NCBI GenBank assembly: GCA_963674825.1
Contig: OY771587.1
Coordinates: 1,536,001 to 1,600,000 of the forward strand
From: Candidatus Cloacimonadales bacterium
GTDB taxonomy: Bacteria; Cloacimonadota; Cloacimonadia; Cloacimonadales; JAIOQZ01
Direction of reading: 5' to 3'
Length of the DNA: 64,000 nt
The notes under the pieces were generated by a model. That model saw nothing but the letters and a program-made list of their open reading frames with translations, was not told the origin of the DNA and made no database searches. The position numbers and the translations under genes were made by a program. Positions 59,908-64,000 of this stretch are shown here, one piece after another (the stretch's first letter is position 1; every line of letters begins with the position of its first letter).

Positions 59908-60506
59908 AATGGATCCTGCCAATTATTGTCTTCGCACTCATCCTGAGCGGCTGTGAAAGCTCTGGCGAGTTGCGCGTCAGAAACAGAACCAATAACATTG
60001 TATATTTCACGATCGATGGATCGAGCTACGAAGTGCCCGGCCAGGAATCCAAGACGGTCGATCTCTATGTCGATCGCGATTGGGAGATCTTCGAGACCAA
60101 TTCCAAGGAATACCTGCTTGAAATCGAAGGCGAAACCTTCTTGATCTGGGATGAATACAACGATATCTATATCAAAGATACTGAGGTAGTGATCGAAGAT
60201 GGTAAAACACTCGATGTCTATGCTATTGCTACACACGCATGCGTAAAAGTGGTCAACAATACAGACCAGCCTGTTATCAGCGTCACCTGTGACCGCTATG
60301 ATAACGGCCTCGCCACATCTCACGATGTCGAGCTACTTGATGCGAATATTCCGGCTGGTGAAGACTGGTTTTACAGGCTGCAACCATCCTATGAGAACCA
60401 CGATCTGTCTTACGGTTTCACCATCACAATGGATGACGGTTCATTCGATAATGCGGAAGCAACAATCCTGGAAGTGGATGACTGCTACCTGATAGAATTG
60501 GAATGA
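59904..60506 (+). CDS. Acidic beta-rich lipoprotein, hypothetical
   Basis: Lipobox LSGC; ATGA overlap with the upstream gene. Confidence 0.75.
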   Translation: MKWILPIIVFALILSGCESSGELRVRNRTNNIVYFTIDGSSYEVPGQESKTVDLYVDRDWEIFETNSKEYLLEIEGETFLIWDEYNDIYIKDTEVVIEDGKTLDVYAIATHACVKVVNNTDQPVISVTCDRYDNGLATSHDVELLDANIPAGEDWFYRLQPSYENHDLSYGFTITMDDGSFDNAEATILEVDDCYLIELE

Positions 60507-60516
60507 GAAAAGATTG

Positions 60517-60560
60517 AAAAAGAACGGGAGAGTCGCAATGACCCTCCCGTTCTTTTTTTT
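60517..60560. terminator. Bidirectional intrinsic terminator
   Basis: AAAAAGAACGGGAG...CTCCCGTTCTTTTTTT between convergent genes. Confidence 0.9.
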
Positions 60561-60570
60561 GCAGAATACT

Positions 60571-62049
60571 CTATTTGAAATGATCGAACCACGATCCGAT
60601 CATCTGCTCTTCGAATTTCACTTCATGGTTGTGCTTGAATTCGTTGATGTGGGCATCGTAGGTATAGTCTTTCGACCACTCATCGATATTATCCCCAATC
60701 TGTTTCAAGGCATCCGCGATGTAATATATCTCATCGTCGGTCATGGTGGGATGAATGGAGAAACGAATCCAACCCGGCTTCATGGAAAGGTCGCCCTGGT
60801 CGATCAGATCAGTAACCTCTTTCGAGAGCGATTTCTTGATGTAGAACAAGTAATGTCCGTAAGTTCCCGCACATGCGCAACCACCGCGAGTCTGGATACC
60901 GAAGCGATCGTTGAGCAGCTTCACCACCAAATTGTAGTGGATGTTGTCGAAGTAGAACGAGATAACGCCCACACGTTTCTTATACTGCTCCTCGAGAATG
61001 TGTAAATGCTCAATTTTCGAGAATTCCTCGAACACGATTTCAAGCAGTTCTTCTTCGCGTTTGATGATGTTTTCGATACCCATTTCCTCTTTCAGACGAA
61101 TACACATGGCAATGCGCATTGCCTGCAGGAAAGGTGGCGTACCGCCATCTTCGCGGACTTCAATATCCTCATAGTAATGTTTCTGGTTCCAGGCATTAGT
61201 CCAGGTTACGGTTCCGCCACCGGGACGGTCGGGCGCTTTGAGCGTGTAGAGCTTGGAATCAAACACCAGCACGCCTGATGAACCGGGTCCACCCAGGAAT
61301 TTGTGCGGCGAGAAGAAAATGGCGTCGAGTTTTTCTTCGGGATTTTCGGGGTGCATATCAATCTTAACGTAAGGTGCTGAGCAGGCGAAATCTGCGAAGC
61401 ACAGCCCACCGGCACGATGCATGATACCCGCTATGGCATGCACGGGCGGCTGAATACCGGTAACGTTGGAGCAGGCTGTAATCGAAGCAATTTTGTGCTT
61501 GCGATCTTTGAATTCTTCAAGCATCTCTTCCAGATGATCCAAATCGCTCAATCCGTCTTTACGGGCACGGATGATCCTCACATCGCAGATGGTTTCAAGC
61601 CACGAAGTATGGTTCGAGTGGTGCTCCATGTGTGTGATGAAGACAACCGGACGCTCTTTATTGGCAATTTTGAAGCAATCGCAGTGCTGCTCCGGGATTT
61701 TAAGTCCCAGAATTCGCTGGAACTTGACAATTGCCCCGGTCATGCCAGAGCCTTCCAGGATAATCACATCGTCCGGACCTGCATTGACGTGCTTCTTAAT
61801 GATCTTCTGGGCTAAGTGATAAGCCTTGGTCATGGAGGTTCCGGTTACGGTCGTTTCGGTGTGGGTATTGCCGATGAAAGGTCCAATTTCGTTCATCAGC
61901 CGATCTTCTATTGGCTTGTAATACCGCGCGCTGGCTGTCCAGTCGGCGTAGATAACTTCCCGGGTGCCAAATGGACTTTCGAACTTCTGGTTTCGCCCGA
62001 TCACATTACATCGATAGGGCTCGAAATACTTCTCAAGATCTCTGCTCAT
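60571..62049 (-). CDS. Class V PLP aminotransferase (cysteine desulfurase/selenocysteine lyase-like)
   Basis: YADWTAS, EHHSN, SPHKFLGG, DGGTP and RGGCACAG motifs. Confidence 0.9.
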   Translation of the reverse strand: MSRDLEKYFEPYRCNVIGRNQKFESPFGTREVIYADWTASARYYKPIEDRLMNEIGPFIGNTHTETTVTGTSMTKAYHLAQKIIKKHVNAGPDDVIILEGSGMTGAIVKFQRILGLKIPEQHCDCFKIANKERPVVFITHMEHHSNHTSWLETICDVRIIRARKDGLSDLDHLEEMLEEFKDRKHKIASITACSNVTGIQPPVHAIAGIMHRAGGLCFADFACSAPYVKIDMHPENPEEKLDAIFFSPHKFLGGPGSSGVLVFDSKLYTLKAPDRPGGGTVTWTNAWNQKHYYEDIEVREDGGTPPFLQAMRIAMCIRLKEEMGIENIIKREEELLEIVFEEFSKIEHLHILEEQYKKRVGVISFYFDNIHYNLVVKLLNDRFGIQTRGGCACAGTYGHYLFYIKKSLSKEVTDLIDQGDLSMKPGWIRFSIHPTMTDDEIYYIADALKQIGDNIDEWSKDYTYDAHINEFKHNHEVKFEEQMIGSWFDHFK

Positions 62050-62064
62050 AATTTCCTCTATTTT

Positions 62065-63432
62065 TTATGATATATAGACTGTTTTGATGTTCACAAACTC
62101 ACGGATGCCATAAAGTGCCAGCTCACGTCCATAACCGCTTTCGCCGATCCCACCGAAGGGAAGCCTCGGATCGGAACGCACGAAGCTGTTCACGAAGCAA
62201 CATCCCGCCTGAAGGCCTTTCCATGCGATCTCGCTGGCATGGTGCGTATCCTGCGAGAATACCGCCGCTCCCAGACCAAACACTGTGTCGTTGGCGATGC
62301 GTATGGCGTCGTCCTCGTTGGCGGCTGCGATAATGGCCGCGACCGGACCGAACAATTCTTCGTCGTATGCAGGCATACCTTTCGTTACGTTCGTCAGGAT
62401 TGTCGGTGGATACCATGCGCCCTCACGGTCGGGAACCTCGCCGCCTAGAATACAGGTCGCGCCTGCTTCGATACTTCGAACCACCTGATCATGCAGCTCG
62501 TCGCGAAGATTGCAGCGAGCCATAGGACCAAGGGTTGTCGTCTCGTCCATCGGATCACCCGGTTTGATCGCGCTCATCTTCTCCAGCACAAGCCGGGTGA
62601 AATCTTCCCGCACGGCCTCTACCACGATGAATCGCTTAGCCGCGATACAGCTCTGGCCAGTGTTGATCAGGCGACTGGTGACACATTGCTGCGCTGCCAG
62701 ATCCAGGTCGGCATCTTCGAGGATTACATACGGATCACTTCCCCCGAGTTCCAGAACCGTCTTTTTTATCTCGCTGCCTGCGATGGTGGCTACGGCTTTC
62801 CCAGCTTCGGTGCTACCTGTCAATGTGACGGCTCGTACCAGCGGATTAAGGATGATCTCCTCCACGCCATAGCTTCCCACCGGGATCGTGCGGAAGAGGT
62901 TTTTGGGAAATCCCGCTTCCTTAATCACCTGCTCGATGGCAAGTGCGCAACCAGTTACATTGGAAGCGTGCTTCAGAACCGCTCCATTACCGGCCATCAA
63001 CGCCGGCGCAGCAAAACGAAAAACCTGCCAGAAAGGAAAATTCCACGGCATGACTGCCAGAATCACGCCCAGCGGCTCGAAAGCCACAAAACTCTTGGTC
63101 GCCTCGGTGCGAATCTCTTCCGCAGCGAGGTAGGAGGTTGCGTTCTCTGCATAATAATCGCAGACCCAAGCGCATTTTTCTATCTCGGCGATGCTCTCTT
63201 TCACCGGCTTTCCCATCTCGCGGGACATCAACTCGCCCAGCTCGAAGCAGCGACGTCTGAGAATCGCGGAGGCTTTGATCATGTGATAGGCACGGATACC
63301 TGTCGAAGTCTCGCGCCACGCCAGAAATGCATGGTGCGCGCTTTCGATCGTCTCTTCTATCTGCTTCCCGGTAAATTCGTCGTACCGGGCAAGTTCTTCG
63401 TTGGTCGCGGGATTGATTGATATTAGAGCCAT
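62065..63432 (-). CDS. NAD(P)-dependent succinate-semialdehyde dehydrogenase (aldehyde dehydrogenase family)
   Basis: MPWNFP, LELGGSDP, GQSCIAAKR, EELFGP and SGYGRE motifs. Confidence 0.9.
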   Translation of the reverse strand: MALISINPATNEELARYDEFTGKQIEETIESAHHAFLAWRETSTGIRAYHMIKASAILRRRCFELGELMSREMGKPVKESIAEIEKCAWVCDYYAENATSYLAAEEIRTEATKSFVAFEPLGVILAVMPWNFPFWQVFRFAAPALMAGNGAVLKHASNVTGCALAIEQVIKEAGFPKNLFRTIPVGSYGVEEIILNPLVRAVTLTGSTEAGKAVATIAGSEIKKTVLELGGSDPYVILEDADLDLAAQQCVTSRLINTGQSCIAAKRFIVVEAVREDFTRLVLEKMSAIKPGDPMDETTTLGPMARCNLRDELHDQVVRSIEAGATCILGGEVPDREGAWYPPTILTNVTKGMPAYDEELFGPVAAIIAAANEDDAIRIANDTVFGLGAAVFSQDTHHASEIAWKGLQAGCCFVNSFVRSDPRLPFGGIGESGYGRELALYGIREFVNIKTVYIS

Positions 63433-63445
63433 GGTTCCTCCGTCG

Positions 63446-64000
63446 TTACATCATTCTCATGGTGCCTTTGATAAAACCCACATCGAGCAGCATCACCATC
63501 GCGCCCTGCTTTTTATCCAGATCGCCGGTGATCTCCTCGATGCCGCTGATAATCTCGTTCGCGCGGCTTTCAGGCACCAGAGTGAGGATGGTCTTGCTGT
63601 GGTTCTTGTTTTCGCGCATAAATCCGATGAAGTCGGCAAAGATTGGGATGTTGGAAATATATTCGCCCATACCGAACGATTCGATTACGGTTGCGCCTTC
63701 GATCCCCTCCTCGATGAAAAACTCCAGGATATCGTAGAGCAGATCGTCGAAATAGAGGATGATCACGAGGGCCTTCATCTTCTCGCCTGTGGAGCTCTTG
63801 CGTTCGATCACGCGCGTATTACGGATGAAGGTCTCGACCAGCACGGTCACCGACATGCTATGCAGCAATTCCTGTTTTGCGCCGGTCTTACTCATCGTGC
63901 GGGAAATTAGCGCAAGAATCTTCAGATGCTCGTCCACCTTCTCCTGCGGTCCGAGAAGCAGGATCAGCACCTTGACTTTCTTCTTGTCCATAGCGTCGAA
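63446..64000 (-). CDS. PTS EIIA(Ntr/Fru)-like domain fused to a PII-like domain (5' end outside the window)
   Basis: Frame open to the edge: FDAMDKKKVKVLILLLGP..HLKILALIS, then GIEGATVIESFGMG..IPIF..SKTILTLV. Confidence 0.7.
   Translation of the reverse strand, partial: FDAMDKKKVKVLILLLGPQEKVDEHLKILALISRTMSKTGAKQELLHSMSVTVLVETFIRNTRVIERKSSTGEKMKALVIILYFDDLLYDILEFFIEEGIEGATVIESFGMGEYISNIPIFADFIGFMRENKNHSKTILTLVPESRANEIISGIEEITGDLDKKQGAMVMLLDVGFIKGTMRMM

Noticed and set aside
60571..62049. Selenocysteine or Fe-S (suf/isc) system
   Set aside because: No sel, suf or isc genes nearby, and no in-frame TGA read-through candidates noticed.
62491..63420. Long antisense ORFs (also 43674-44624, 45387-46229, 50738-51508, 58612-59370, 6563-7288)
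   Set aside because: They are shadows of well-supported genes on the opposite strand and carry no motifs of their own.

Overview
Gene-dense bacterial chromosomal window of about 40 CDS. I found no rRNA, tRNA, CRISPR array or mobile element. Gene content suggests an FCB-group anaerobe, most like Cloacimonadota (inference): giant secreted modular peptidases and adhesins, a PorV-family barrel between two T9SS-CTD cargo proteins, and bamD next to nadD. From left to right: (1) a secreted helical protein, a PDZ lipoprotein and a GT2/FrhB-like/flippase-like module; (2) a cluster of an AMIN-TPR-TM-acidic protein, a FliK-like protein, a GAF-DHp protein and a PilZ protein; (3) FKBP, an M29 aminopeptidase, and a 7x207-aa beta-helix repeat protein coupled to a transglutaminase-like protein; (4) rlmI, and glnA with a structured leader; (5) an adhesin-like protein, an Ntn hydrolase with a sigma54-type promoter, a 2508-aa S8 protease, TfoX_C, patatin, a lipoprotein and a GNAT; (6) M6 protease-PorV-S8 protease, then a housekeeping run (greA, M18 aminopeptidase, cpoB, bamD, nadD, rsgA, nadK, recN, eno); (7) an orphan response regulator, a class V aminotransferase, SSADH and a PTS-EIIA/PII-like fusion. 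The best leads are a second, non-T9SS-A C-terminal module shared by three unrelated giant secreted proteins, the FimV/HubP-like signalling cluster, the repeat-protein/transglutaminase pair and the glnA leader RNA. All family assignments come from motif recognition by eye; no database search was run.
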